Of a DNA stretch of 64,000 bases, positions 12,247 to 24,259 are shown in pieces (the stretch's first letter is position 1; each line of letters starts with the position of its first letter). The translations under genes were made by a program, and so were the position numbers. Under the pieces are notes generated by a model, which was given only the letters and a program-made list of their open reading frames with translations, was not told the origin of the DNA and did no database searches. The stretch lies in NCBI GenBank assembly GCA_030265395.1, contig JARFYF010000001.1, forward strand, positions 24,591,520-24,655,519, read 5' to 3'. This DNA comes from Rhina ancylostomus. Its lineage: Eukaryota.

Positions 12247-13320
12247 AGAATCAGAATCAGATTTATGATCACATATACTTGACGTGAAATTTGTTGTTTT
12301 GTAGCAGTGGTACAGTGCAAAGGCATAAAAATCTATAAATTACAAAAATAGTGCCCAAAAAAAGGAATAGCGAGGCAGTGTTCATGACTTCATGGATCAT
12401 TCAGAAATCTAATGGCGGAAGGGAAGAAGCTGCTCCTGAATCGTTGAGTGTGGGTCTTCAGGCTCCTGTACCTCCTCCCTGACGGTAGTAGAGAAGGGGG
12501 CATGTCCCAGGTGGTGAGAGTCCTTTATGACAGATGCCATCTTCTTTGGGCACTGCCTCTTGGAGATGCCCTCGCTGGTGGGGAGGGTTGTGCTAATGGT
12601 GGAGCTGGCTGAGTCAAAAGCCCTCTGCAGCCTCTTGTGATCCTGTGCATTGGAGGCCCTGTACCAGGCTGTGATGCAACCAGTCAGGATGGTCTCCATC
12701 ATGCATCTATAGAAATTTGCAAGGGTCTTTTGTGACATACCAAATTTCCTAAAACTCCTAATGAAGCAGAGCTGCTGGTGTGTCTTCTTTGTATTGCATC
12801 AATTTGTCAGGCCCAGGATAGATCCTCAGAGATGTTGACACCCAGGAACTTGAACCTGCTCACCCTTTCCACTGCTGATGCCTCAACGAGGATTAGTGTG
12901 CGTCCTCCCGACTTTTCCTTCCTGAAGTCCACAATCAATTCCTTGGTCTTGCTGTTGTTGAGTGTGAGGTTGTTGTTGCAACGCTTCTCAACCAGCCGAT
13001 CTATCTCACTCCTATTTGCTTCCTCACTGCCACCTGAGATTCTGCCAACAACAGTGGTGTCATCAGAGAATTTATAGATGGCATTTGAGCTGTGCCTAGC
13101 CACACAGTCATGAGTGTAGCGAGAGTAGAGCAGCAGGCTAAGCACGCATCGTTGTGGTGCACTTATGTTGATTGTCAGCGAAGAGGAGATGTTACTACTG
13201 ATATGCACTGACGCTGGTCTCCCGATAAGGAAGTTGAGGATCCAGTTGCAGAGGGAGGTGTAGAGGCCCAGGTTTTGAAGCTTGTTGATTAGTACTGAGG
13301 GGATGTTGGTGTTGAATGCC
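12247..13320 (-). mobile_element. Rex1/Babar-type LINE, about 1.07 kb, with RT core remnant
   Basis: ORF 12807..13208(-) [19 protein letters not shown]...[13 protein letters not shown]; ORF 12409..12738(-); (GATTCT)n tail. Confidence 0.9.
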
Positions 13321-13946
13321 AGAAGGTTGGACAGATCAGGAGGAAAAGGAGCTGTTTATTGTAGCACTGAACATGTTGCACTGCCCATTATATGGTAGAG
13401 CAGGTTTGAAAGGCCATGTAGCCTATTTTTTTTCCTAATCTAAATGTCATTTGTACAACTCTAAAGCGATCAGACACAGGAAGCTTTCCAGGCTCAAAAA
13501 TACATGAGTAACTGCTTTGGAAATGTACAAGATCTGCTTCCAATTCCCTCCATATCAAAGCTAAGAAGGCCTTCAAACTATTCTGGTATGGCCACCATTC
13601 AAATTGAACCATCTGTCTTCTGTGGATGGGTTGAAGAATCTGGCAAGAGGAACATAGATTAAAAGAAAAGCTTGTTAGGTGTGTATTCACTAGGATCTTA
13701 AGTTCGAAAATGAGACATGAGAATTCAGTGTTGTTTATTCAAGGATTCTTTGCAAATGGTTTCTGAAACCTTCTACAATACATTGGGGCCTCAAGTCTGC
13801 TCAACTGCCAGCCTGCTTCCAAATGTCATGTGACCTGAGGATATGCTCTGCCCCAGAAGGAGCATGTTGATGGTGGGATGGCCCGCCATTGTGTGTGTGC
13901 TCAGTGTACAGACTTATGCACACGTGCACATACTTATTCAAGGTGT

Positions 13947-14080
13947 GGAGACACAAGAGACTGCAGATGCTGGAAAATGGAGCAACAAACAATCTGTTGG
14001 AAGAACTCAGGAGGTTAAGCAGCATCTGTGGGAGGAAAGAAATTGTCAACATTTCGGGTTGAGAACCCTGCATCAGGAGT
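13947..14080 (-). mobile_element. Penelope-like terminal arm with the best-preserved hammerhead-like motif
   Basis: Minus strand 14043-14080 reads CTGATGCA-GGGTT-CTC-AACCC-GAAA-TG-TT-GAC. Confidence 0.7.
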
Positions 14081-15174
14081 ATTATTGTCTGTGAAGAGGC
14101 CCTTTCACAGACTGCCTCTGTGAGCTTCCACAAAACTCTTACACTCAGAGAGACTTAAAGTAATGATCATTGTCCATAGTCACTATTTCTTAGGCTCTAT
14201 ATTATTTGAGGACATTAAAGGCACCCTCAATTGTCATGATGGGCAGTCTTTTTAACTCTGAGGACTGAAATGGTATTAGATGATTAGTCAGGAAAGGAAA
14301 TGGTATCAACGTGTATCAATGGTATCATGAGTAGATGGAAAATCAAGCAGGGATTTTTTTGCTCGGTATTAATTTCACTTTCTTGCCATTCTAACATTAT
14401 CTGTAAGTGTATCTTTTGCTACAACAATTAATGTTCATGATATAGGAATCAATACAGGGATATTTCCCAATCAGCTCTGGGAAATAAGAGTAGAACTGTT
14501 CATTGTGGAGTTTGGCAGTTTGGCAGTTTGTTTATCTGGAGAAGCTTCACTCACTTTTCATTGTTGCAGTCATATGTCAAGAATACAATGGGTGTGATGA
14601 TATAACTGTCTTACTGGAAAAGAAAAATAAAAGATGAAAAGAGAGATGTGAAGTGCTTTCAGTTGTACTGTTGGAAGATTGCTTCCTTTAGTTTTTGTCA
14701 TGGAGCTCTGTCAGTTGACATAAAGACAGTTAGCTAGGAATGTCTGATGAAAATTACCTCTACAGATTCCACTTTAATAGCTTGGTGAAGATAACATACC
14801 ATCTGCCCTACAGGCAACCTCTACCATGAGAACAGCACAACGACTGGTAGTCAAATTCACCCCANNNNNNNNNNNNNNNNNNNNNNNAAGATATCACAGG
14901 GGATTATTCAACACACGGAGGCATTATTCACGGCGGGGGTTGGGGGGGGGGGGAAGTTTCGCTTCTTCCCTTGAAGCAGAGCAGCAGAATGAATAGAATC
15001 TTCACATTGCAAGGTCAAGGACATTATGATACCTTAAAACCTAACGGCATCCTAGCATACAGATAGTAGTTTTCAGGAGCTAAATGTGCCTGGAAATTGG
15101 TTTGATCGATGTTTGACATGCTAAAAAATTGTTGTGTGCCACACCTTTACCATAGNNNNNNNNNNGATTCAGAG

Positions 15175-15595
15175 ATTCATAGAGTTTTAGAAAATGGAAA
15201 TAGCCCCTTTGAGCCATCTCATCCATGCTAACCAAGACGCCTATCTAAGCTAATCTCATTTGCCTGCGTTTGGTCCATATTCCTCTATTCCTTTCCCATC
15301 CAAGTACCTGTCCAAATGTTTTTTTTAGCATTGTAATTCTACCTGCCTCTATAACCTTCTCTGGCAGCTTGTTCCATTTACCCATGATCTTCTGTATGAA
15401 AAGCTTGCCCTTTAGATCCCTTTTAACTCATTCCCCTCTCACCTTAAATCTATGCCCTCTAGTTAGATTTCCTGACAAAAAGAGTGTGATCATCTACCCT
15501 ATCTGTGCCCCTCATAACTTTATAAACTTCTCTAAGGTCACCCCTCAGCCTCCTTCACTTCAGGGAAAACCATCCAATCTCCCCTTATAACCTTT
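15175..15595 (-). mobile_element. CR1-type LINE 3' end
   Basis: catagag...gaaatagccccttt...ctcaccttaaatctatgccctctagt...aaggtcacccctcagcctcc. Confidence 0.8.
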
Positions 15596-16039
15596 CCATA
15601 TCAGTGGCACTAAATTTGGGATTCCCATAGGAATATTGAAGTCCCAAACTTGCTAGCAGCTCTATTCTGGTGATTCCTAGATTTCACATGGAATCCAGCA
15701 GTGAAGTGTGAACTTCTTGGAGTGCTCCAGTACTTATGCTGGGGAATCTACCTATCAATTATATGTCAGGTTAGACCTACCATAGGAATAGTGAGTCTGT
15801 TCAATTTAAAGAAGAAAGGCTATGATGCAAAGTGATTGTATTTTTGTTAAGTAAAGTTCTTAAGGGATAGGAGCTAGGTTATTTCATTGGTGGTGGATCA
15901 TATTAGTGGGGATACCTGGTCTGTCCATGTTTCTATGTTCTCAAACGCCACCCCTCTTCCTTGAATATCTATATTGCACTGAAATAAAACTTGAATGTCA
16001 AACCAACACTCTCAATCTCACCTGAACCACAGCCCACTT

Positions 16040-16305
16040 ATCATGCAGATGAGAAGGGATTTCTTCCCTTCAAGAGTCCTGAATCTTTGGTATTCTCTAC
16101 ACAAGATAGTTGTAGAGGCTGAATCATTGAATGCAATCAAAACAAGATACATTTATTTTTGGATACTGGGGAGTCAAGGGTTATAGTGAACAGGCAGAAG
16201 AGTGGAGCAGAGACCAATATTAGATCAGCCTTGATCATCAAATGACAGAGTAGACTCAAAGGAAAACATGGTCTACTCCTGCTCTTACATTTCATGTTCT
16301 CATGT
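16040..16305 (+). mobile_element. CR1-type LINE 3' end (older subfamily)
   Basis: MRRDFFPSRVLNLWYSL..VVEAESLN; tail agatcagccttgatc...ctactcctgctc...atgttc. Confidence 0.7.
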
Positions 16306-16975
16306 TCCTTCATATCCTCCATCTATTATCCATCACCACAGTGATAGTTTCTTTCAACTGACTCTCCAAGGAGCTGTTCCTACTTAGAAAGTTGCTGTCA
16401 ATCCAACCATGGCTGATAAGACAAATTCATTCACTGAATGTTTAGATACATATGAAGAGTATCAAATTCTTGCCTTTAAAGCATTAAAGGCCCCTGGATG
16501 CTGAAAATTCTTCACTGAAAATTCAAAGCACCTGGCCCAACACCCTCAGTGGCCAATGTCACTTAACCTATTTAAATGGGGCCCCACTGGTTGTGGTACA
16601 TGGCACTCATATTATTCTCTGCCAGTGCCAGAATGTGAAGTTAAACCTTCCTGCCTTAAGGCCATGAAATCTGATGTAATATGTGAATAATGATGACTGT
16701 CATAAAATCTAGATTTTCTGGAGAATCATTCACAATCTTTTAAAAGATATGTTTTATATTAAATTCAGTATTGAATCTTCTCAATCACACATTTATTTTT
16801 CATAAAATGGTATGAACAATAGGATTTGTTTCTGTTAACTTAGAAGGGAGAGATATTTTATAAATCCCTATACAATTGAAATCAAAACTTAGCTCATCAT
16901 AAAATATAAGCAAATATATTTACATAAAGACATTGCGAACATTCTAAGCACAATAATCATTTTTCCTTTCATTAG

Positions 16976-17092
16976 GATTAGCACTTGATCATTTCAACCA
17001 GCGCTTGTATTGGGCAGATGCCAAGCTTTCAATTGTGGGCAGTGTTCGTTTTGATGGCAGTGATTCTGTTGTCGTTGCCAACACAAAACAAG
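16976..17092 (+). CDS. LRP1B: Exon D (117 nt): [40 protein letters not shown]
   Basis: Acceptor cctttcattag|GA, donor AAG|gtagca; YWAD motif; phase 1 to 1. Confidence 0.95.
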
Positions 17093-17212
17093 GTAGCACT
17101 TATTTTTTACTTTTTTAGTTTGTTCTTACTTGCAGCCTGAAAATAATATCACAGACACTGAGTTTATGTCTTCATCAAGGGACTAAGAATACAACCTGTT
17201 TTATTGTTCAAG

Positions 17213-17389
17213 GTCTCCAAACTCCCTTCAGCATTGATATCTTTGAAGATTACATTTATGGGGTGACACATACCAATAGTCGCATTTTTAAAGTGCACAA
17301 ATTTGGAAGAGCTCACCTTGAATATTTGGTATCAGGTCTCAATGATGCTTCAGCCACAATTGTATTCCATCAGTACAAGCAACAAGACT
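17213..17389 (+). CDS. LRP1B: Exon E (177 nt): GLQTPFSIDIFEDYIYGVTHTNSRIFKVHKFGRAHLEYLVSGLNDASATIVFHQYKQQD
   Basis: Acceptor ttgttcaag|GT, donor ACT|gtaagt; FEDYIY motif; phase 1 to 1. Confidence 0.95.
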
Positions 17390-17495
17390 GTAAGTACCAA
17401 GATTAGCTGAACAAAACAGAGTACAAATTGAATGTATTACAATAGTTTGAAACATTAACTCAGTCAGTAAGATGTGCTTTTTATGCCCTCCACAG

Positions 17496-17636
17496 TACCA
17501 AATCCTTGTAGCAAAAGGAAATGTGAATGGCTTTGTCTGCTGAATCCCACTGGTGTAACATGCTTATGTCCAGACGGAAAGAATATGATTAATGGGACAT
17601 GTATTGATGAAGATTCTCCCACTGCACTCCCTTATG
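17496..17636 (+). CDS. LRP1B: Exon F (141 nt): EGF repeat [48 protein letters not shown]
   Basis: Acceptor ccctccacag|TA, donor ATG|gtgagt; 6-Cys EGF pattern; ORF 17474..17659. Confidence 0.95.
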
Positions 17637-18056
17637 GTGAGTACGTCTGTATTTTCTGATATTGAGCAATCCAGTCAAAAATTACTAATTACTTTCAGAA
17701 TAAACATGAATGTTTTGAAATTAGAGTTTTTAAATATAATGAAATATTAAATTAAAACAGAAACTGTACCAAAATTTTCTGCATTAATTTCAGATCTCTA
17801 ACAATTGCAGAATTTCCTATTTGCATGAAATATAATTAGAATTGGAGATTAGTTTCATTGTAATTTCAGAACAATTTTCTTGGTGCCTATTTTAATTAAA
17901 TGCTGATTGTGGAAAGAAACATCACTCTCCAAAACTGAATAAGTGTTCGCTTTGGATCTCAATTGATCTCAGCGTTAAACTCTCCCTTATTGATCCTGCT
18001 ACTGCCTGGATGGATATGAAATTTCCTGCTGCTGCAAAAGGTTTACCTCAAAAGGA

Positions 18057-18295
18057 TAACAAAAACAGAACGAGCTGGAAATACTCCGCATGTGAGGCAG
18101 CACCTGTGGAGAGAGAAACAAATTAATGTTTTAGGTCAATGCCCCTTCATCATAGACTTAAAATGTCAACTTTATTTTTTGTTTTGATGCAGGATCATGG
18201 ACCTGAAAGTCTGACCTTCTCTCCATAGGCACAGCCTGCCCTTCTGATTATTTCCATCATTTCCTATTTTTATTTTCAATTTTCTGCACCACAGT
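18057..18295. mobile_element. Older palindromic Penelope-like remnant
   Basis: aacagaacgagctggaaatactc...ggagagagaaac versus ttctctccata...tatttccatcatttcc (decayed inverted arms). Confidence 0.5.
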
Positions 18296-19169
18296 TCTTT
18301 TTTTATTTCCACCTATCTAAAAGGGTCATTGTTACCAAAAAATGTTTGAACAAAGACGTCTTTTTGCTTTCAAAGCCAAAATTGCAATGAATATAATTCA
18401 AATCAAAGCAAGCTGAAAATAATGCAATGTTATTCTCGCTCATTTTAATGATAATAATTCAACTCTTAACATTAAATCTGCAATGATCCAGCACTCTATT
18501 TTCCTTTTTCCTTCTTACTCATTTTGTAGCCTTTCTAGGTGACATTGCCAACTTGCAAAGGTAAGCACAGGAAATAAAATTTGAAGGGCACAATAAATGC
18601 ACAGATTATACAGATCTTCACATGGTTTAAAAACTATTGGGGTGCAGTGGGCTGTGACCCTGCTGCCTCAGTCCAGTGAATGTCACTCCCAGCTTGGTGT
18701 TAATCATTGACAAGACTCACTTCTTTCCTCAAATCTTTGTCTACTTGATATTAGATTAACACAGTCTGTTTCATTCAAGATCTTTACAACTTCTGCATTA
18801 TAAATCTCTAGAAGTCTGAATTTGCTTTCAGATTTCAAAATTGAAAGAATATGCCAAATCCATATTCATATGAAATCGTAATTATTTCAATATCCGAGGT
18901 ATAAGTTTAAATGATTCTTTGTTCTGTAAACCAGAATTCTGAGAACAACAACCACCGACACCCTGGTTAAATCCAACTAACTCTGGATTAAACCTGGAAT
19001 TCCTATGTCTCTGTGGTTTAGCAATTCAGGGGAAAAACTTGCTGAGGCATCAGTTCAGGTTCTTCATCATTCTGTTGTGAAAAAGTCAGTAAAAGCAATG
19101 AGCATAAATAGAGTACAATTGAGATGGTTAGTCACATATTTTAGCTCTCTTTGTGTCCTTCGAGTTAGC

Positions 19170-20370
19170 AATATGGAAACACAGAAATAAAAGAGGACTA
19201 TCCCATTTGGCCCTTCAAGTCTACCCCATCATTCAATAAGTTTGTGGCTGATCCTTTATCTCAATACCTTGTACTCTTTCTCTCTCCCCAAACCCCTTGA
19301 TGAATTTTGTGTGTAGAATTCTATCTCCTTCTTAAATTTCGCAATGAGTCAGACAGTGAAAAAATTCTCCTCAGTTCTAAATTTCTTACCTCACATAATG
19401 AGACTGAGACCCCTGGTTTTGGATTCCCACTACCAGCCAGGCAAAACATCCTCAGCTTGAAAAGCTCTATCAGAATTTTATACACTTCAATGAGATCTCT
19501 TCACATTCTTGGAAACTGTCATGAATACAGAGCAATACACAGGACACTGGCGGAACTCAGCAGGTCAGGCTGCATCTGTGGAGGGAATTGGACAATCAAC
19601 ATTTCGGATTGAGACCCTTCATCCAGCCAGATGCAGTGTCTTGACCCAAAACACCTGGATGGATGAAGGGTCTCAACACGAAATATCAAATGTCCATTTC
19701 CCTCCATAAATGCTGCCTGACCTGTTGAGTTCCTCCAGCACGTTGTATTTTGCTCCAAATTTCAGCATCTGCAGTCTCTTGCATTTCCTGTCATGAATAC
19801 ATGAATACAGGCTTGGTTGACCCAATCTCTCTTCATACAGCAGTCCTGCCATCCTAGGAATCATTCTGGTGAAACTTTGTTGCACTCCCTGAATGTAAGT
19901 TTATACTTTCTTAGCAAAGGAGACTCACCAGGGACCTGTTCAACTGTAGTAAGACATTCTTGCTGCAGTATTCCAAACCTCTTCCTGTGAAGGCCTAAAT
20001 ACTACTTGCCTTCTTAACTGCTTGCTTCATCTGTATATTTGGTTTCAATGCTTGGTATACAATGAGACCCAGACATCTATGTACATGAACGTTTCCCAGT
20101 CATGACTTAAGTAATATTTACCTTTCAGTTTTTCTTACCATATGCATAAGGTCACATTTATCAATATTATACTGCACCTGCCATCGATTTTCTCACTCAA
20201 AATGTCCNNNNNNNNNNNNNNNNNNNNNNNNNNNNNNNNNNNNNNNNNNNNNNNNNNNNNNNNNNNNNNNNNNNNNNNNNNNNNNNNNNNNNNNNNNNNN
20301 NNNNNNNCCATCGATTTTCTCACTCAAAATGTCCAAATCATTTTGGAGCATCTTTTCATCCTCTGCTAAC
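19170..20370 (-). mobile_element. CR1-type LINE 3' region, interrupted by a Penelope palindrome (19530-19787) and a gap
   Basis: ORF 19673..19885(-) QQSFTRMIPRMAGLLYEERL; EDEKMLQNDLDILSE near 20350; tail at 19170-19260. Confidence 0.75.
19530..19787. mobile_element. Palindromic Penelope-like insertion with 14-bp flanking direct repeat
   Basis: Inverted arms about 19547-19625 and 19660-19740; CTGTCATGAATACA at 19516-19529 and 19788-19801. Confidence 0.8.
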
Positions 20371-20717
20371 TCATAGACAAGTAAAAGTGCTAATTGGAGA
20401 GGCCACATTCATGCAAGGTATCCAAGGATAAACTCTTATATCTGAATTTCATTGACAGATATCATGCAAAATGATCATGCTCTTGTAAGAGTGGCACTGA
20501 AATCTGTCAACTGCTGCAGCCATGATTGCATTCGATGGGAAGGGCAAGAACTCACCACTAGTAGCCGTCAAGGGAAAACAAGTAGCTTTTCAAAAACATT
20601 TCTTCTTCTTCATTAATCCCACCAGATGAGATATAACTTGCCTTCGCTCTGGTTCTGTGGGTTTTGAGGTGACTGATGAGGCCAATGTGGGAACTACATA
20701 TCTTTCACAAATGGGGC

Positions 20718-21050
20718 AAGAGTTGTCATGGAGTCTTACAGCATGGAAACAGGCCCTTCGATTCAGAGTCCACACCAATCATCAAGCCCCCCATTTTCAA
20801 TAATCCTACACTAATCTTATTTCATTCTCTTCACATTCCCATTAATCTACCACTCACCTGCACAGTGGCTAGTTCACCTGTAAACCTGCATGTCTTTGTG
20901 ATGTGGGAGGAAACCAGATAATCTGGAGGAAACCCATACAGTCACAGGGAGAACATGCAGTTTCCAGACAAACATCACTGGACATCAGGACTGAACCAAG
21001 GTCACTAGAGCAGTGCAACAGCAGTTCTGCCAGCAGTGCCATCTTGCCAC
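20718..21050 (-). mobile_element. HE1-like V-SINE with CR1-type tail
   Basis: tgtgggaggaaaccag..ctggaggaaaccca..cagtcacagggagaac (antisense V-domain), decayed tRNA head at 20990-21050, tail cagcatggaaacaggcccttcg. Confidence 0.75.
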
Positions 21051-21059
21051 CTTGATGGG

Positions 21060-22392
21060 ATGGGTGGGTGGATAGTTTAAGAGGTGACGTGCTCCTTCGA
21101 CTGTTTACACTGAGCTTCTGGTTGCTCCTGATGCATGGACTTGTAATTCTTTGTGCTATTCGGAATGGCCCTCCATTCTGATTCCCAGAGTTCAGTGGAG
21201 ATGTTGCATTTTTTCAAGGAGACTTTGATTACATCTTATCCTATGAACAACCAGTAATCTCTTCCCATAGAGCCATAGAAAACTACAGCACAGAAAACAG
21301 GCCATTCGGCCCTTCTAGTCTGTGCCGAAACATTCTGCTAGTCCCATTTACCTGCACCCAGCCCATAACCTTCCAGACTGCTCCCATCCATGTATCTATC
21401 CAATTTACTCTTAAAAGTTAAGAGTGAGCCCCCATTGACTACATCAGATGGCAGCCCGTTCCACAGTCCCACCACTATTTGAGTGAAGAAGTTCCCCCTA
21501 ATGTGCCCCCTAAACCTTTCCCCTTTCACCCTAAAGCCATGTCCTCTCATACTTATCTCTCCTAATCTAGGTGGAAAGAGTCTACNNNNNNNNNNNNNNN
21601 NNNNNNNNNNNNNNNNNNNNNNNNNNNNNNNNNNNNNNNNNNNNNNNNNNNNNNNNNNNNNNNNNNNNNNNNNNNNNNNNNNNNNTGTGGGACCTTGTCA
21701 AAGGCCTTACTAAAGTCCATGTAGACTACATCCACAGCCTTTCCTTCATCTACTTTCTTAGTCACCTCCTCAAAAAACTCCACAAGATTTGTTAAACATG
21801 ATCTACCTCGCACAAAGCCATGCTATCTTAATCAACCCTTGGCTGTCCAAATATTTATATGACTTATCTCTCAGAACACTTTCCAATAATTTACCTACTA
21901 CTGATATCAGGCTCACCAGCCTGTAATTACCATGACAGAATTTGGACTAGAGTGTCTACTGTAAGAGTCTGGTGTTGAGCATACTCATGGCGTGGCCTGC
22001 TCAACATCTCCATTTCAGGGTAATTCAGGCGTCAATGCTGGGGACCTTGGTCGAGGAGAGAAATTTGCCATTGGTTCACTTATCCTTCCAGTAGACTTAG
22101 AGGATCTAGTGGTATCTTTTCAGTGCCTTGGGGAGCCTGCTGCAGGTTGTCCAAGGCTCAGAATCTGCTATCGAATAGATAATGAGTTCTTTGCCTGGCT
22201 TGAGGTCCTGCAGTAAATTAGAAGCTGTGCCAGTGCATTGAAGGTGTAGTGAATTTCATCACCAATATCTGCATTTGTTGAGAGGTAGCCTCCGAGTTTT
22301 GGAAGTGGTCCATGTCTCACCATGAATATTTATTGCTGGAGGACAGTGTTATACAATAGGGGCAGATTGGTAGAGCATCTTTGTCTTACAGC
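21060..22392 (-). mobile_element. RTE-clade LINE fragment split by a CR1 insertion
   Basis: The sequence ...gtaatctcttccc(at) at 21255-21268 resumes as (c)catgacagaa at about 21931. Antisense RTE C-terminal motifs (WAGHA/WKDK, HFQNSEATSQQ region). Boundaries approximate. Confidence 0.6.
21266..21930 (-). mobile_element. Young CR1-type LINE (3' end plus RT N-terminus), middle hidden by a 100-N gap
   Basis: ORF 21562..21813(-) RGRSCLTNLVEFFEEVTKKVDEGKAVDVVYMDFSKAFDKVP; ORF 21338..21550(-) RGHGFRVKGERF...FFTQIVVGLWNGLP. Confidence 0.92.
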
Positions 22393-24259
22393 GTACCATT
22401 TAATGTGTCCACAGTGTTTGAAATTAACACATGTCAATTCTACATAAAAGCAGAATGAAAGAGGTCTTCACCCCTTCAACAGCTAGGTAGCAACTGACAA
22501 TAGCCAGGTGTATATGGTATCCAATTCATTGTGCAGCAGTCTAATGTACCAGCTTTATCTGAGTCACTACGTCAAACTACTAGCTGGCAAGAGCAATTCA
22601 CTAAGGACGTGGCTCACCACTCAACTGCGCAACCCAGAATACAAGCCACACGGAATATGATAGAGCACAAAACTGGCTTGTTGAAACAATGCTCTCACTG
22701 TGAGGAACACTCAAGATGAGCACCACAGTAATCAGCAGAGAAATGTCAAGATTTTGGGAGGTCTCCTAAAATTACATGTTTTTAATGTTCTCCAATGCCA
22801 AAAGAATGCAAATTTCACCACTTGCATGCATGATATGTGCATAATTTGTACACATGAAAATCATTCCTTAAAGGTACCAGAACAAGCCAGCACTGGTTCC
22901 TCATGCAGTTCCACCTTAATCCTTGTTTTCGAGCACATTTGAACTTCCAGGCTGTTAAGATAAAATTAGGAATTTTGAATATTATGATGCTATCAATGAA
23001 ACTGCCATAAAGATAAAAGCAAATGAATTTGTTATACCAGGAATCAGCGCTTTGTTTAATGAACCATTGTCAACTTTTAATTTCTCGCAATGTCATTTGT
23101 AGGTTGCATAATCTGTGTACACTTCTCTCTCAGGAAAAGGAATAAGAGGCAACTGATGAATGAGGATTAGATCAACAAGATATATGAAGCAAGCACATTT
23201 GACTTTATAACTTTTTATCGTCTTGGGCATGCAGTGTAACTCAATATAATTGACCAGTTCTGAGCTCTAATTTTAATGTTAGTAGAGCATAAAATTGGGC
23301 AGGATTTAGAATAGCAGACAGCTCATCCATGCCCTCTTCCCACTAAACAGGCTGGGTAAAAGTTATGGCTACAGATCTTTTTTTGTAGGCTCCTTTGGGC
23401 ATCATGATTCTGTTCTCATATAAATATATTAATTGTCCTTGGCTGCAATATCTCTGGTCTGAGCTTGTTTTTCTTGAGAGAGAGCTCATAGGTTCAAATT
23501 CATTAAACAGATTACTCAAGCAGTGTCATGGTAGTCCCAGGGATACACAACTATGAGTAGATAAATGTGAAGGCAGAGCTCCAAGATCATAGGGGACATG
23601 GTCTGCTGAATGGAACCATTGTTAACCTTCAAAAGAGAAAACAGTTATAAAATTATTTATCACTAATAACTGTCATCAGATGCATGCATGGTTTAGCAAG
23701 CAAAGTGGTAATATTGTTTAGATGTTTTGTATTAATTATTTCTAAATCTGTTTTTAATTCCTTAACAAATATGAATTGTGCATGTTACATGTTGATTCAG
23801 AGTTTTGAATTTGATGTATTGATTGTTTATGAACTGATAAAAATGCAAAAGTTGCATGCATTTGTTTTACTTGTGCTATTAAAATTTCTGTGATCTAATT
23901 TAAAATAACTGTTGGTCCATAATATGTGTTAGGACTTACGTTCTGGCTACTAAACTTGTATCGTTAAATTGCGGTTTAATTATTGGGATTTACTGTATGC
24001 TGTATTCCAGGATATGATCCTATTTTAAATGTTCTACAAAAGGAAATCTTTGCCACACTTGATGTGGAAAATCGTATAATTTGTAACAGTGAGTATGATG
24101 ACTGGGCTTCTGACTGAGTTCCCTGATATTATTGTGGTTTCAATCTGGGGTGAGGAACTGTTCATCCTTGCCTGTCAGCTATCTGTGTAGGTTTAGAAGC
24201 AACACAAATCATTTGAGGATGGTAGTGGACTAAAAAGGTGAAACTATGATAACAGTATA

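Noticed and set aside
5663-15595. Inverted CR1 pair flanking exons B-C as a circRNA driver
   Set aside because: The copies are diverged, such pairs are ubiquitous at this CR1 density, and there is no specific evidence.
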